Positions 16,641 through 27,491 of a DNA stretch of 64,000 bases are shown one piece after another (within the stretch, counting starts at the first letter, position 1; every line of letters starts with the position of its first letter). The notes beneath the pieces were generated by a model. That model was not told where the DNA came from, ran no database searches, and saw nothing but the letters and a program-made list of their open reading frames with translations. The translations under genes were made by a program, and so were the position numbers. Where the stretch lies: IMG/VR virus record IMGVR_UViG_3300046518_000226, positions 30,123 through 94,122 of that record. The stretch is one strand, 5' to 3'. This DNA comes from a virus.

Positions 16641-18359
16641 ATGTCCTATTTCTTCAACGGTCGGGAGCACATCACCCCCGCCACCATGTCCAAGGTCGAC
16701 GACTCGGCAATGCTGAACGCCAGCCTTGGCGTCGGCAACTACGCTGCGTTCCTCGGCACGTCCACTGGGGGGCAGCCGAACACCCAGCTGTCCTTCAGCA
16801 GCCCGACCGAAGCCAAGGCTGTTCTGCGCAGCGGCCCGCTGTTGGACGCCATCGTTAAGGCGTTCGCGCCGAGCAACGACACCGGCGGCCCGTCCACCGT
16901 GTACGGCATCCGCGTGAACCCAGCACTTCGGGCTTCCCTGGTGCTGCTCGACGCTGCAAGTCAGCCGGCGATCAACCTGGCGTCGACCGACTACGGCCTC
17001 TGGACGAACCAGATCAAGACCAAGCTCGAAGCGGGCTCGGTTGCTGGTCTGAGCGCGACCACGCAGTATCAGAACGACTACTACACCAAGGACAACATCG
17101 CTCGCGATGCATTTTCGGTGCAGTACACCGGCGCTGAAGTTACGGCGACCATGAACGTCTCCGGCACCACCGTCGTGCTTCAGGCACCTTCCGGTACTAC
17201 CGTAGCCACCATCGACCTCACCACGTACACCACGTATGCGCAGGTCGTCGACTACATCAACACCGTGCCAAACTTCTCGGCGTCGATGGCGGACAGCGCG
17301 AACGATGATCTGACCGCGCTGAACGGTCTGGATTACGTGGTGTCTGCGGACGTCAAGACCTCCCCGATCGTCGTCACTGCGAACCTGCAAGCGCTGATCG
17401 ACTGGTACAACTCGACCGGCGAAGGCTTCGTGACCGCCACCCGAGCTGCCAACGCTGGCGCGGTACCGGTGCAGACCTCGTTCGTGTACCTCAGCGGCGG
17501 CAGCGATGGCGTAACCAGCACTCCCGAGTGGTCTGCTGCCTTCTCTACCCTGCAAACCGTCGACGCTCAGTGGATCTCGCCAGTCAGCTCGAACCCAGCG
17601 ATCTGGGCGATGGCTGATGCGCACGTCCAGTTCATGTCGAACGCCGGCCGCATGGAGCGCCGCGCGATCGTCGGGACTGCCGCTGGCACCAGTGACGCGG
17701 ATGCGATCATGTTCGCCAAGGCCCTGAACAGCGACCGCACCTCGCTCGTGCACATCGGGTACTACGACTACAACGCCGCCGGTAAGCTGCAACTGTTCCC
17801 GGCCACCTACATGGCCGCGCTGCTCACCGGCATGTTCTCCGGCGTGAGCCCCGGCACCGCGCTGAGCAACAAGACGATCAACGTCAGCGGCCTGGAGCGC
17901 AAGCTGCGCAACCCGACCGACACCGACGTCCTGATCACCGGTGGCATCCTCTGCATCGAGGACACCAAAAAGGGCTACAAGGTCGTTCAGTCGATCAGCA
18001 CCTGGCTCAAGGACACCAAGTTCAACAAGGTTGAACAGTCCTGCGGCGCGGCGACCGACTTCACTGCCCGAGCGCTGCGTGATGCTCTCGACGTGCTGCG
18101 CGGCGAGAAGAACAACCAGGTCAACCTGGCTCGCGCCTACAGCATCGCCGACACCTGCCTCAAGGCTCTGTCGGTGCCTGAGCCGTCCGGCCCGGGCGTG
18201 CTGGCCGGCAACAAAGAGAACCCTCCGTACAAGGGCCTCACCGTCACGGCGAACGGCGACGTTCTGGCAGTTGCTTGCCAGGCCTCTCCGGTCATCCCGA
18301 TCAACTACATCCCTGTGTCGATCTCCCTGAAGATCTTCACCGGCACTGCCTCGGCGTAA
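16641..18359 (+). CDS. Tail sheath protein
   Basis: About 572 aa; LSGGSDG, GQPNT, PVIPINYI motifs; precedes tube. Confidence 0.9.
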   Translation: MSYFFNGREHITPATMSKVDDSAMLNASLGVGNYAAFLGTSTGGQPNTQLSFSSPTEAKAVLRSGPLLDAIVKAFAPSNDTGGPSTVYGIRVNPALRASLVLLDAASQPAINLASTDYGLWTNQIKTKLEAGSVAGLSATTQYQNDYYTKDNIARDAFSVQYTGAEVTATMNVSGTTVVLQAPSGTTVATIDLTTYTTYAQVVDYINTVPNFSASMADSANDDLTALNGLDYVVSADVKTSPIVVTANLQALIDWYNSTGEGFVTATRAANAGAVPVQTSFVYLSGGSDGVTSTPEWSAAFSTLQTVDAQWISPVSSNPAIWAMADAHVQFMSNAGRMERRAIVGTAAGTSDADAIMFAKALNSDRTSLVHIGYYDYNAAGKLQLFPATYMAALLTGMFSGVSPGTALSNKTINVSGLERKLRNPTDTDVLITGGILCIEDTKKGYKVVQSISTWLKDTKFNKVEQSCGAATDFTARALRDALDVLRGEKNNQVNLARAYSIADTCLKALSVPEPSGPGVLAGNKENPPYKGLTVTANGDVLAVACQASPVIPINYIPVSISLKIFTGTASA

Positions 18360-18372
18360 GGAGGGGTAGACC

Positions 18373-18795
18373 ATGCAACAGAACCGCAAAGTCCGCAGTG
18401 GTAACCGGATCGTCATCACTTACGATGGCTTCCAGGTCGGCGTGATCCAGTCCGTCCGGATGAACGACGATTACTCGCCCGAGCCTGCTTCCGGCATCGG
18501 CGACATCCACGTTCAAGAGTACGTGCCGACCATGGCGCGTCACACGCTCACCGTTAGCCGGATGATCCTGGAGAACGACAAGATGCGTGAGCGCGGCATC
18601 TTCGCCGAGAATGGCGACGCTGTGCTCGAAGGCCTGGTGTTCGACATCGAGACCTACTCCAAGGACGATGGCGTGCTCCTGCGCAAGTACATCGGCTGCT
18701 CGTATGCCTCTGGCGACCTGGAAGTCTCCAAGCACGCGATCCTGATGGGCTCCGGCCAGTTCAACGCCCTCAACGTGAGTGGCACCGGCGCCTAA
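18373..18795 (+). CDS. Tail tube protein
   Basis: 140 aa after sheath; SGNRI..GIGDIHVQE. Confidence 0.85.
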   Translation: MQQNRKVRSGNRIVITYDGFQVGVIQSVRMNDDYSPEPASGIGDIHVQEYVPTMARHTLTVSRMILENDKMRERGIFAENGDAVLEGLVFDIETYSKDDGVLLRKYIGCSYASGDLEVSKHAILMGSGQFNALNVSGTGA

Positions 18796-18817
18796 TCACC
18801 GCCATCGCTGAAAGCAG

Positions 18818-18842
18818 AAAGGCCGCCCCGTGCGGCCTTTTT
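18818..18842 (+). terminator. Intrinsic terminator
   Basis: AAAGGCCGC-N5-GCGGCCTTTTT. Confidence 0.8.
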
Positions 18843-18844
18843 GT

Positions 18845-18858
18845 CGTGACCGGACAAT
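18845..18858 (+). promoter_or_regulatory. Late promoter-like motif
   Basis: CGTGAC CG GACAAT directly after terminator. Confidence 0.7.
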
Positions 18859-18897
18859 GTCCATGAAGATTTTTCCCCAACCTGATCAGGAGTTGTC

Positions 18898-19263
18898 ATG
18901 AGCCGCGCACCTGCTGCTACCGATTTTCACGTCGACGTCGATGGCGTCGGCCAGTTTGTTTTCGCCAAGCGCACGATGCGCGACGAGCTGCGCATTGCAG
19001 CCGAATATTCTCGCCTGACCGAGGGCGTCGAGACGCCGACCAACTTCCTCGCCACGGTCGCAGGCTGGATCTCCACCTTGAAGGCTCTGACCGTCGAAGC
19101 CCCGCACGGCTGGGATCTCGATGAGATGGATCCGTTCGATGATGAGACCCACGAGAAAATCCTGAAGGTTTACGCGTCGCTCCGCGTCAAGGAGGGCTCT
19201 TTTCGCAAAGGAAAGAACCCGCCAAGCGAAGGCAGCGGGCCGGGATCTGTCGAAGCGACTTAG
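18898..19263 (+). CDS. Tail assembly chaperone (short form)
   Basis: Between tube and tape measure; AGGAG RBS. Confidence 0.8.
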   Translation: MSRAPAATDFHVDVDGVGQFVFAKRTMRDELRIAAEYSRLTEGVETPTNFLATVAGWISTLKALTVEAPHGWDLDEMDPFDDETHEKILKVYASLRVKEGSFRKGKNPPSEGSGPGSVEAT

Positions 19264-19519
19264 CTTCTGGTTTCGCAATAAGTATCAGCTGTCACCGATT
19301 GATCCGCGCTTTCTGGATCTCACGCTTGAGCAGATCGAAACCGAGTATTGGGCGCACCACTACCTCGAAAACCCTGCGAAAGAAGAGATCGAGGACGACG
19401 ACTTCGATGAAGATGCTGAACTGGCTGAAATTGAAGCCAGGGCACTAGCCAAAGAACAAGCCCTTGCGGCCGAGCAAGGCCCTCCCGACCCGGGCGACTG
19501 GGAAGACATCGAGACCTGA
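19202..19519 (+). CDS. Tail assembly chaperone +1 frameshift extension; not in ORF track
   Basis: 105 sense codons with no ATG/GTG, entered at TTT CGC; FWFRNKYQLSPIDPRFLDLTLEQIE. Confidence 0.75.
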   Translation, partial: FAKERTRQAKAAGRDLSKRLSFWFRNKYQLSPIDPRFLDLTLEQIETEYWAHHYLENPAKEEIEDDDFDEDAELAEIEARALAKEQALAAEQGPPDPGDWEDIET

Positions 19520-19524
19520 CCTGA

Positions 19525-22305
19525 ATGAGCATCAAGATCCCCGTCAACGCTGAGCTGAACCAGCAGGACGTCCAGCAGCAGATCCAGCAGATGCAGGATG
19601 CCTTGAACAACCTCGGGCGGACTGCTCAGCAGGCGGGGAAGATCAAGTTCAATCCGGTCAACAGCGTCACTCTCGACTCCGTCAAGAAGATGCGAGCCGA
19701 GTTCGACGCCATGGTGCGGATGTCGCCCGGGCTGAAGCGTGCCCTTGAGGCTGGCGGTCAGGGCGGCAAGTCGTTCGATGAGGTTCGCTGGGGTAAGGTC
19801 TGGCTCGATGAGAACCAGCGCGCCGGGCATGCCGCCTCCATGCTCAAACGGCTGCGCCCGAGCGCTGTTGAGGAAGTCACTCATGCTCCGGCGCCGTCAG
19901 GAACCGGCGGTAGCGGTAGCGGCGGCGGTGGGCGCCGTCGCGGCGGTGGTGGTGGTGGTGGTGGCGATGATCGGACTCCTGGCACAGGCGGCAGCAGCTG
20001 GCGCAGGGCAGCCGCTGGTGGCGCTGCGGGCGTTGCCGGTGGGGTTGCCAGCCAAGTCGGCGGTATGGCCGGTGGCGTCGCCTCTGGCGCCCTCGCTGGC
20101 GGCCTTGCCGGTGGCCCTATCGGTGCGATCGTCGGCGGCCTGGCCGGCTCGCTGACAAGCCTGCTCGGCGTGATCGGGGATGCCCGTGATATCGCCATCA
20201 GCATGGACACGCTCAAGCGCACCTTGGGCGACACCAACGTCTCGTTCAACGACCTGCAGGGCAAGACGCGCAGCCTCGCCGATGAATTCAGCCTGAGCGA
20301 CACAGAGGCGGTCGCGCTGACCAAGCGCTACGCTAACCTCTCCGGCTCCGACAAGAACCTCGGAGGCCTGCGCGACGAGGTCGGTGTCGGTGTCGGCTTC
20401 TCCCGCTCGTTCGGCCTCGCCCCGTCCGCCGGCGTGGACTTCTTCGGTCAGATGAAGGGCATGGGGATTACCCAGAATGCCGACGACAACAAGCGCCTGG
20501 CGCTGCTGATCGGCGAGAGCGTTGCCAAGGCCGGCGACCTGCCTCGCATGGCGGACGTGCTGGCTGGGCTCAGCCGCTACATGGAGAGCGCTGCCCGCAC
20601 CAGCCTGACCAGCCCGAACTCGGCCGCTTGGCTGTCGCGGTTCGCAGGGCTGGAGAAATCCGGCATGGCGGGCATGGATCCGACTACCGCAGCCAGCATC
20701 ATCGGCAGCATCGACGGCTCGATCCGCCAAGGTGGCATCACCGAGGCCGGCAAGAACTTCATGAACTCCACGCTCCAGAAGGATCAGGGGCTCAACACGA
20801 TCCAGGCAGCCATCCAGCTGGAGGGTGGCGCGTTCGGTACCGGCCGCTCCACGTTCGGGGCCGACTCCCCAATGTCGCGCTTTTACTCGCGCTTTGGCGG
20901 CGGGTCGCCGCTGAGTTCGTGGACTTCGGACGAGACCAACGTCAGCGTCCTTCAGAAGAAGCTGATTAAGCAGTATGAGGGCCGGCCGCCGGAGCTGATG
21001 CTGGACGCGTTCAAGAACACGTTCGGCACCAGCTACGGGCAGGCGGCCACATGGATGTCGACCGATCCGAAGCAGAACGACGCCATGCTCAAGCGCATGC
21101 AGCGGCTGGGCATCAACTGGAAGGATGTCAACGCGACCGGCGTTTCGCAGCTGAGCGAGATCGAGTCGAACAGCTCGCTGTCTGAGGCTCAGAAGGATGC
21201 GATGGTCAAGGACACCGCGTCCAAGAATCAGGAAGACACGATCGGCTCTGAGGCCAGGAAGGCATCAATCGACGGCGCGAACGCCATGGTGCGGATCGCC
21301 GAGCAGGGTCTGCCGATGCTCAGCTCGATCCAGGCTGGCGTGCTCAAGCTCGCCGGCATCGACCCGATGAGCCCGCAGAAAGAGCAGGCGAAGTCGGAAC
21401 ACCAAAAGCGCATGGACGCGGTCGACAATGGCCCGCTCGCCGCCGAGTACGGCAAGGCCGTGAAAAACTATAAGGAGATCACCCCGCTGGTGAAGCAGAT
21501 CACCGGGCTGGGGCTCACCGACGAGCAGCAGCAGGCGAAGGACTGGGTCGATAGCGCTGGCGCGGATCTGACCGCCGCGCGCAAGGCTGAGGACGCCCGA
21601 TACAAAGGCGAGAAGGCCAAGCTCGAAGCGGCTAGCTCCGCCATGCTGAACCCAACCGTCACGCCGTCGACCAGCAGCACTCCCGCATCTCCAGCCGATG
21701 CTGCCGCTCCTTCGCCAGGCCCGGCGGCATCGCCAAGCCAAGCAACACCGGGGCAGGCCTCTGGCGGTTCCAGAGTGTCTGGCGCCACGCCGGAGCTGCT
21801 GGCCCGGGCGGCTGAGTCTGATCGCAAGGCCGGCCTCCCTGAAGGCACCACGGCGGCGCTGATGATGCAGGAAAGCTCGTTCAACTCCGGCGCCGTGAGC
21901 AGCGCGGGTGCGCGCGGACTGCACCAGATGATGCCGAAGAACGTCGACACGTTCTCCCGGCGCGTCGGCCGCCAGCTCGACCCGACCAACACCGAAGACT
22001 CGTTCTACATGTACGACGAGCTGATGAAGGAGCGCAAAGCCAAGTACGGCGGCAACACCGAGAAGATGCTGCGCAGCTATCATGGCGGATACGACGAGAG
22101 CAAATGGGGCGCGGTCAACGAGGATTACGTTCCCGCGATCGAGCGCCGCAAACGAGAACTGGCTGCATCCGGCCAAACAACTGCGTCGATGCAGCACAAC
22201 GTCAACGTTGATGTCACAATGCGCGACCAGTCGGGCAATAAAGTCAACGACGCCACCATCAACACCACGGTCGGCAAGCCTACCGTCAGCGGTACTAACC
22301 CATGA
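19525..22305 (+). CDS. Tape measure protein with C-terminal lytic transglycosylase
   Basis: 926 aa, Gly/Ala-rich; QESSFN..SSAGARGLHQMMP, SYHGG SLT motifs. Confidence 0.9.
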   Translation: MSIKIPVNAELNQQDVQQQIQQMQDALNNLGRTAQQAGKIKFNPVNSVTLDSVKKMRAEFDAMVRMSPGLKRALEAGGQGGKSFDEVRWGKVWLDENQRAGHAASMLKRLRPSAVEEVTHAPAPSGTGGSGSGGGGRRRGGGGGGGGDDRTPGTGGSSWRRAAAGGAAGVAGGVASQVGGMAGGVASGALAGGLAGGPIGAIVGGLAGSLTSLLGVIGDARDIAISMDTLKRTLGDTNVSFNDLQGKTRSLADEFSLSDTEAVALTKRYANLSGSDKNLGGLRDEVGVGVGFSRSFGLAPSAGVDFFGQMKGMGITQNADDNKRLALLIGESVAKAGDLPRMADVLAGLSRYMESAARTSLTSPNSAAWLSRFAGLEKSGMAGMDPTTAASIIGSIDGSIRQGGITEAGKNFMNSTLQKDQGLNTIQAAIQLEGGAFGTGRSTFGADSPMSRFYSRFGGGSPLSSWTSDETNVSVLQKKLIKQYEGRPPELMLDAFKNTFGTSYGQAATWMSTDPKQNDAMLKRMQRLGINWKDVNATGVSQLSEIESNSSLSEAQKDAMVKDTASKNQEDTIGSEARKASIDGANAMVRIAEQGLPMLSSIQAGVLKLAGIDPMSPQKEQAKSEHQKRMDAVDNGPLAAEYGKAVKNYKEITPLVKQITGLGLTDEQQQAKDWVDSAGADLTAARKAEDARYKGEKAKLEAASSAMLNPTVTPSTSSTPASPADAAAPSPGPAASPSQATPGQASGGSRVSGATPELLARAAESDRKAGLPEGTTAALMMQESSFNSGAVSSAGARGLHQMMPKNVDTFSRRVGRQLDPTNTEDSFYMYDELMKERKAKYGGNTEKMLRSYHGGYDESKWGAVNEDYVPAIERRKRELAASGQTTASMQHNVNVDVTMRDQSGNKVNDATINTTVGKPTVSGTNP

Positions 22306-23801
22306 AAATGAAAGTCTACCAGCCTCGGTTTCAGGTGCGCCTGATCAAGACCGTCAACCGCAAGACCGTCGACGGCTCCACTCCGACATCCGCTCGCTTC
22401 CAGGGCGCGGATGGCTCGATCGACCTGCATCGGTGGCTTGGCGACCGCGCGGCGATCAACACCATGAAAAGCATCAAGGAGCCCGCCGGCGGCTTCTCGA
22501 TCACTATCCCAGACCTGCCCACCGACACCGGCGGCCTGGAGACGCTGTACGGCATCATCGAGCCGATGGATCTGATCGAGATCCGGGCTCAGCACTCACC
22601 GTCCAGGTGGAACGAGAACCAGCTGCCGGTCATCATGCGTGGCTTCGTCTCCGGTGTTAGCCGGAACGAGGACATGTCCCCTGATGGGAAGCCGAACAGG
22701 ACGGTCACCATCCACGGGCAGGACTACGGGAAAATCTGGCAGATCATCCAGATTTTCTATGGCCCTTCCTACATTTTCGGTCAGGACATTCTCTCGGCGT
22801 TCAAGCTCATGGATAAGTTCGGCGCCGGCTTCAGCAATGCGCTGACCAACGTCGAGTTCCTGAAGGTCGCTGTCGAGCAGATCATCAACCCGTTCCTGAA
22901 GAAGCTTCTGCCCGAGGGGAGCGGCTTCCCCCTGCTCACGCTCAACGCTGACCAAATCGTCGAGGGGGCCGTGGGTATCGCCGGCATCCAGTCCGTCGAG
23001 GGCACGATCTACCAGCTGCTGCGCAACTACCTCGATGTCGGTGCCTTCAACGAGCTGTTCATCAACGAGGACGATGACGGCGTGTATTGCATGTACCGCC
23101 AGAACCCGGCGCTCGACCTGAACGGGCATCCGATCGACCAGAAGGTCACCGCGAGCCCGTCCACCAGCTACATGGGCAGCCAGGACGCCACCCGGCTCAA
23201 CCTGTTCGATATCCCCGATGAGGACGTGCAGTCGCTCAACGTGACCCGCTCCGATGATGGCGTGGGCAACTTCTTCTGGGTCTCGGCGCCGGCCTTCAGC
23301 CTGAACAGCGACACCTTGCAGCGCCAGATGGGCTACAGCGGCGAGGATCGCAAAACCGTGGATCTGTCGGAGTACCCGAACAGCTCGGCCGCGCTCTACG
23401 GCACTCGCCTGATGTGGCTCAACACCACCCTCGGCGGCCCGAACGTGAAGAACGTGAAGTCCGGCCTAACCGAGCAGGAGCACGATAAGCGCGACACCGA
23501 CATTTTCGACTGGCTGAAAGTCCGGCGCGAATTCCTTGTCGCCCAGAACAAGGACAACAGCATCCTTGAGCGAGGCACCATGCGAATCAAGGGTAACGAG
23601 AAGATCCGCGCGGGCAACTACGTCAGGTTACGGCGCGGAACATTTGAGGCGATCTACTACGTCGTGTCGGTGTCGCACCAGATCCTGCCGTTTCGCGGCT
23701 TCTACACCACCCTGATACTCGAGCGCGGACTTGGCTTTGCCAACCGCATCAAAATGGCGGGCGGCGTGGATTCGCCGTACCTGAGTGAGCTTGTACAATG
23801 A
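22302..23801 (+). CDS. Baseplate hub-like protein
   Basis: Position; GQDYGK and [18 protein letters not shown] motifs. Confidence 0.7.
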   Translation: MKMKVYQPRFQVRLIKTVNRKTVDGSTPTSARFQGADGSIDLHRWLGDRAAINTMKSIKEPAGGFSITIPDLPTDTGGLETLYGIIEPMDLIEIRAQHSPSRWNENQLPVIMRGFVSGVSRNEDMSPDGKPNRTVTIHGQDYGKIWQIIQIFYGPSYIFGQDILSAFKLMDKFGAGFSNALTNVEFLKVAVEQIINPFLKKLLPEGSGFPLLTLNADQIVEGAVGIAGIQSVEGTIYQLLRNYLDVGAFNELFINEDDDGVYCMYRQNPALDLNGHPIDQKVTASPSTSYMGSQDATRLNLFDIPDEDVQSLNVTRSDDGVGNFFWVSAPAFSLNSDTLQRQMGYSGEDRKTVDLSEYPNSSAALYGTRLMWLNTTLGGPNVKNVKSGLTEQEHDKRDTDIFDWLKVRREFLVAQNKDNSILERGTMRIKGNEKIRAGNYVRLRRGTFEAIYYVVSVSHQILPFRGFYTTLILERGLGFANRIKMAGGVDSPYLSELVQ

Positions 23802-24577
23802 GTTCGACGTCGAAAAGGGCGCGCGTGGTTGCCCTGCATCCTGAAGACCACTCCTGCGACCTGGTTATGCTCAGCGACGGCTCGCGGCTGTCTGGCGTCC
23901 AGATCATGTCCAGTTCTGCCAGCACGAACACCGGCCTGAACGACCTGGCTGCACCGACTCCCGCACCAGGTGGCGATAAGTGGAACGCCAGCCTGAAGAC
24001 CGGGCGCGATATCGTTGCGATCGTGGATTGGTGCGAGAACAACCCCTATGTGGTGGGCTTCCTGTTCCCGCAAATCTGCCAGATGACGTTCAAGGATCCC
24101 AACCGGAAGATTGATCGGCACGCCTCGGACTTCTACCAAACCATCGACGGCAAGGGTAACGTCGAGTGGTCTCACCCGAGCGGCACCTATCTGCGCATTG
24201 GCACATCGCCTGAGCACGAGGATCTGACCGGCAAGGACTTCGACAAGAAGTGGGCAATCAAGAACAACACCGGCACCGCGCCGCATGTGCACCTGACGGT
24301 GGCCAGTGCCGGATCGGTTGTCGCCACGCTCGACATTGCACCGTCCGGAGCCATCACGGTCACCGGCGCCACTCTCGCAGCCACGCTGACTGGCGCGGCA
24401 ACCCTCGTCGCGCCTGGTGGAGTCACGGTGGACACGCCGGACGCGCACTTCACCGGCAACATCAAGGCTGATGGCGACATCACCGACAAGGTGCGCAGCA
24501 TGCAGGGCGACCGTGATATCTACAACGTCCACACCAACCCGAACGCCGGGGCGAGCGCACCGCCACAGCAGATGTAA
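23798..24577 (+). CDS. Baseplate spike (gpV/gp45-like)
   Basis: OB-fold-like N-terminus, beta-helix, C-terminal YNVHT. Confidence 0.75.
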   Translation: MSSTSKRARVVALHPEDHSCDLVMLSDGSRLSGVQIMSSSASTNTGLNDLAAPTPAPGGDKWNASLKTGRDIVAIVDWCENNPYVVGFLFPQICQMTFKDPNRKIDRHASDFYQTIDGKGNVEWSHPSGTYLRIGTSPEHEDLTGKDFDKKWAIKNNTGTAPHVHLTVASAGSVVATLDIAPSGAITVTGATLAATLTGAATLVAPGGVTVDTPDAHFTGNIKADGDITDKVRSMQGDRDIYNVHTNPNAGASAPPQQM

Positions 24578-24583
24578 GAACGT

Positions 24584-24597
24584 CGTGACGCCACCAT
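24584..24597 (+). promoter_or_regulatory. Late promoter-like motif (leaderless)
   Basis: CGTGAC GC CACCAT, 6 nt before ATG 24604. Confidence 0.7.
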
Positions 24598-24603
24598 GGC
24601 GTC

Positions 24604-25755
24604 ATGGACTTAACTACGCCCGCCACTCAGAAAGCAGAGGATTGTCCCATCACCTTCGTGATGGACGACGAGTCTGCCGGCACGAACGAAGAAATGACCC
24701 TCCTGATTCGTCCGGAGGAGCTTTCTATCGGCTTCCCGAGCCGCATGTCGGTCAACCAGACGCTGGGCGGCGCGTGGGCTGATAGCTTCGGCGAAGGCCT
24801 TGAGGAGGGCACCTACGCGGGCACCCTTGGCTGGCGCGCTACCAGCAATGACAGCGGCGGGATCGAGCGCCTGGCGAACCTGAAGAACTTCGCCTACTCG
24901 GACTGGCATGCCCGTCGTGCCGCCGCGGTGGCGAAGGGCGACGACCCGGCCATGGTCAAACTGATCCTGGTCGACACCCTGAACAACTACTCCCGGGTGA
25001 TCGCGCCGCGGGTGTTCGAGCTGAAGCGCAGCAAGAGCCGGCCGCTTCTGGCTCAGTATCGCTTCAACTTCGTCATGCTGTCCCGCGACGTGACCGGTAA
25101 GGATCTTCTGTCCGACACGGCCTTCGGCGGTTTCCTCGGCACGATCGGTTCGTGGATCGACAGTTTCACCATGTCGATCAACAACATCACCAACAGGGTC
25201 AAAGAGGCCTACCGCTGGATCGACCGGACGATCATCGCACCGGTGAAGGCCTTCGTGGCGAAAACCCAGAAGCTGCTCGGGGCCGTCCGCAACTTCGTCA
25301 CGGCCGGCGTCGGCATCATCCGCCAGGTGGGCAGCGTCGCGCAGCTGGCGACCGCTGCGGCAATGAACATCTTCCGAGCCGCGGCGCTGGTGATCAACAT
25401 CCCGAACATCGCCAAGGCGGCGATCATGAACGTCGTGCGCGAGTTCACGAACCTGTTCTGCCTGCTGCGCAACGCGAAGTCGGCCCTCGGCTACGAGGAT
25501 TACTCCGACCTCTACGGCGCCTCGAACTGCTCGTCTACGTCCGGCGGCCGGTCGATCTCCGTCTACTCCGGGTCGAACACGAACACCTTCTCCGCGGTGA
25601 CACAGACCCCAGCCTCCCCGGTCGTGGTCACTCAGAATGCCTCCATTGGCCTGAGGAACCTCGCGAGCGCTGACCTGGTGACCACGACGCTCACGCCCAC
25701 CACGATTGGCGCCAACCTCAGCGCGGTGAACTCCGGCATGTCGGTGATCGCATGA
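24604..25755 (+). CDS. Baseplate/tube-initiator-like protein
   Basis: IRPEEL, QTLGGAWADSFG, RSKSRPLLAQY. Confidence 0.6.
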   Translation: MDLTTPATQKAEDCPITFVMDDESAGTNEEMTLLIRPEELSIGFPSRMSVNQTLGGAWADSFGEGLEEGTYAGTLGWRATSNDSGGIERLANLKNFAYSDWHARRAAAVAKGDDPAMVKLILVDTLNNYSRVIAPRVFELKRSKSRPLLAQYRFNFVMLSRDVTGKDLLSDTAFGGFLGTIGSWIDSFTMSINNITNRVKEAYRWIDRTIIAPVKAFVAKTQKLLGAVRNFVTAGVGIIRQVGSVAQLATAAAMNIFRAAALVINIPNIAKAAIMNVVREFTNLFCLLRNAKSALGYEDYSDLYGASNCSSTSGGRSISVYSGSNTNTFSAVTQTPASPVVVTQNASIGLRNLASADLVTTTLTPTTIGANLSAVNSGMSVIA

Positions 25756-26375
25756 CGGACTTCACCAAGCAGATTTCCGGCTACCGGTTCGCCAGAACGC
25801 ACCACGGCGACACGCTCCAGACGATCGCCTTCCGCGAGCTGGGCGATGCCAACGAATGGGCGAGGCTGCTCTGGCTCAATGACCTGGTGCCGCCGTTCAT
25901 CACGGATGATGAAGCGCTGGCCGGCGATCGGGTGCTGCTGACCGGTCAGCAGATCAAGATCCCGTCAACGGTCGCCGAGTCGTCGGAGGGCGACAGCGAA
26001 GCCACCAACGTCTTGCTGACGGATTGCCAGCTGCGCAACGGCAGGCTGACCGTCGATCCTGAAACTGGCGACTTCGCGGTCGTGTCGGGACGCGAGAATC
26101 TGAAGCAGGCGATCAACCATCGGATCCGAACCGACCCGGGCGAGCTGATCTACCACCCTGAATACGGGTGCAAGATCCAGCGCCGCAAAGGCAGCAAGAA
26201 CACCGCAGTCGCGGTGCTCATCGGGCGCATGGATGTCCAGGATGCCCTCGAACAGGAACCACGCCTCAGACGCATCAACAAGATCACCACCACCGGCAGC
26301 GGCGATGTCCTCTCTGCACAAGCGGATGTCACACCGATTTCAGGCGACTCAATACAAGTCGATGCGAGCGTATAA
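25752..26375 (+). CDS. LysM-like plus gp25-like baseplate wedge protein
   Basis: GDTLQTIA..LGDANEW; NLKQAI..TDPGELIYHPEYG. Confidence 0.8.
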   Translation: MTDFTKQISGYRFARTHHGDTLQTIAFRELGDANEWARLLWLNDLVPPFITDDEALAGDRVLLTGQQIKIPSTVAESSEGDSEATNVLLTDCQLRNGRLTVDPETGDFAVVSGRENLKQAINHRIRTDPGELIYHPEYGCKIQRRKGSKNTAVAVLIGRMDVQDALEQEPRLRRINKITTTGSGDVLSAQADVTPISGDSIQVDASV

Positions 26376-27491
26376 ATGGCTTTTCAGGTAAAGGATTTCG
26401 TCTCGATCACCGCATCCATGATCAACTGGATGAAGGCGAGCACCAAGAAGATCAGCGACTACAACATCGGGTCGGTCGTCCGCACGATGGTCGAGGCCGT
26501 CGCGTCTGAGATCGACGAGCTGTACCAGCAGTTCTTCATTGGCGTGAAGGAGGCGATCCCGGTCGCGGTCTACAACAGCTTCAGCTTCGACAAGCTGCCA
26601 GCCATCAACGCGGCCGGGTTGATCCGTGTCGAGCTGACGCCGTCCGATGACCTGAGCGTGATCCAGGCGGGAACCACCTTCGCGGCAGCCGGCCTCGCGT
26701 CCACCTACACCTCGCTGCAGGACACGACCGTTCCGGCAGGAGCCTCGTTCATCGACATCACTGTGCGCGCTGACGTGACCGGCACGGCAGGCAACGTTGC
26801 TGCCGGGCAGAACTTCACGCTGACGCCCTCGCCGCCGGCGTTCGTCAGCGCCTCCAACCTGAACGCCTTTTCCAGCGGGCAGGACATTGAGACCGATGAG
26901 GAGCGCAAGCTGCGGTTTGCCGCCTACATCGACTCGATCAGCCGGGCCACGAACTCTGCGCTGCGCTATGGCTTGCGCACTGCGACCCTCACCGATGCGG
27001 ACGGCAACATCATCGAGCGCGTCTCGGCGGCCGTCACTATCGAGCCCTATCTCACCAACCCACTCCAGCCGATCGCGTTGGTGGAGTGCTACATCCACAA
27101 CGGCATCGGCGGCACCTCGATCGCGCTGGTGGCGCGGGCTCAGCAGATCATCGAGGGCTACTATCAGGACAACGGCGTCGCCGTGCCTGGTTACAAGGCC
27201 TCTGGGATCAAGACGCCGGTCTACGCCGCCGAGGAGGTCATCCAGGCCGTCGTGGGTACGCTGATCGCCGACGATGGATACGACCAGCCAACGCTGGCAG
27301 CCGAGGCTGAGAGGGTTGTCTTCGCCTATCTGCAAGGTCTGGATATCGGGCAACCGGCCGTAATGGCGGAGATCATCTATCTCGTGAAGGACATCGAGGG
27401 CGTCTACGACTTCGTGCCCACGACGCCGTCCAGCAACGTCACGGTGACGGCCAAGCAGAAGCTCATGCCTGGGAGCATTTCTATCACATGA
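26376..27491 (+). CDS. Baseplate J-like protein
   Basis: GTAGNV, GQDIETDEERKLRF. Confidence 0.9.
   Translation: MAFQVKDFVSITASMINWMKASTKKISDYNIGSVVRTMVEAVASEIDELYQQFFIGVKEAIPVAVYNSFSFDKLPAINAAGLIRVELTPSDDLSVIQAGTTFAAAGLASTYTSLQDTTVPAGASFIDITVRADVTGTAGNVAAGQNFTLTPSPPAFVSASNLNAFSSGQDIETDEERKLRFAAYIDSISRATNSALRYGLRTATLTDADGNIIERVSAAVTIEPYLTNPLQPIALVECYIHNGIGGTSIALVARAQQIIEGYYQDNGVAVPGYKASGIKTPVYAAEEVIQAVVGTLIADDGYDQPTLAAEAERVVFAYLQGLDIGQPAVMAEIIYLVKDIEGVYDFVPTTPSSNVTVTAKQKLMPGSISIT

Noticed and set aside
19915-19965. GGT/GGC run as a contingency repeat
   Set aside because: In-frame poly-Gly linker in the tape measure protein
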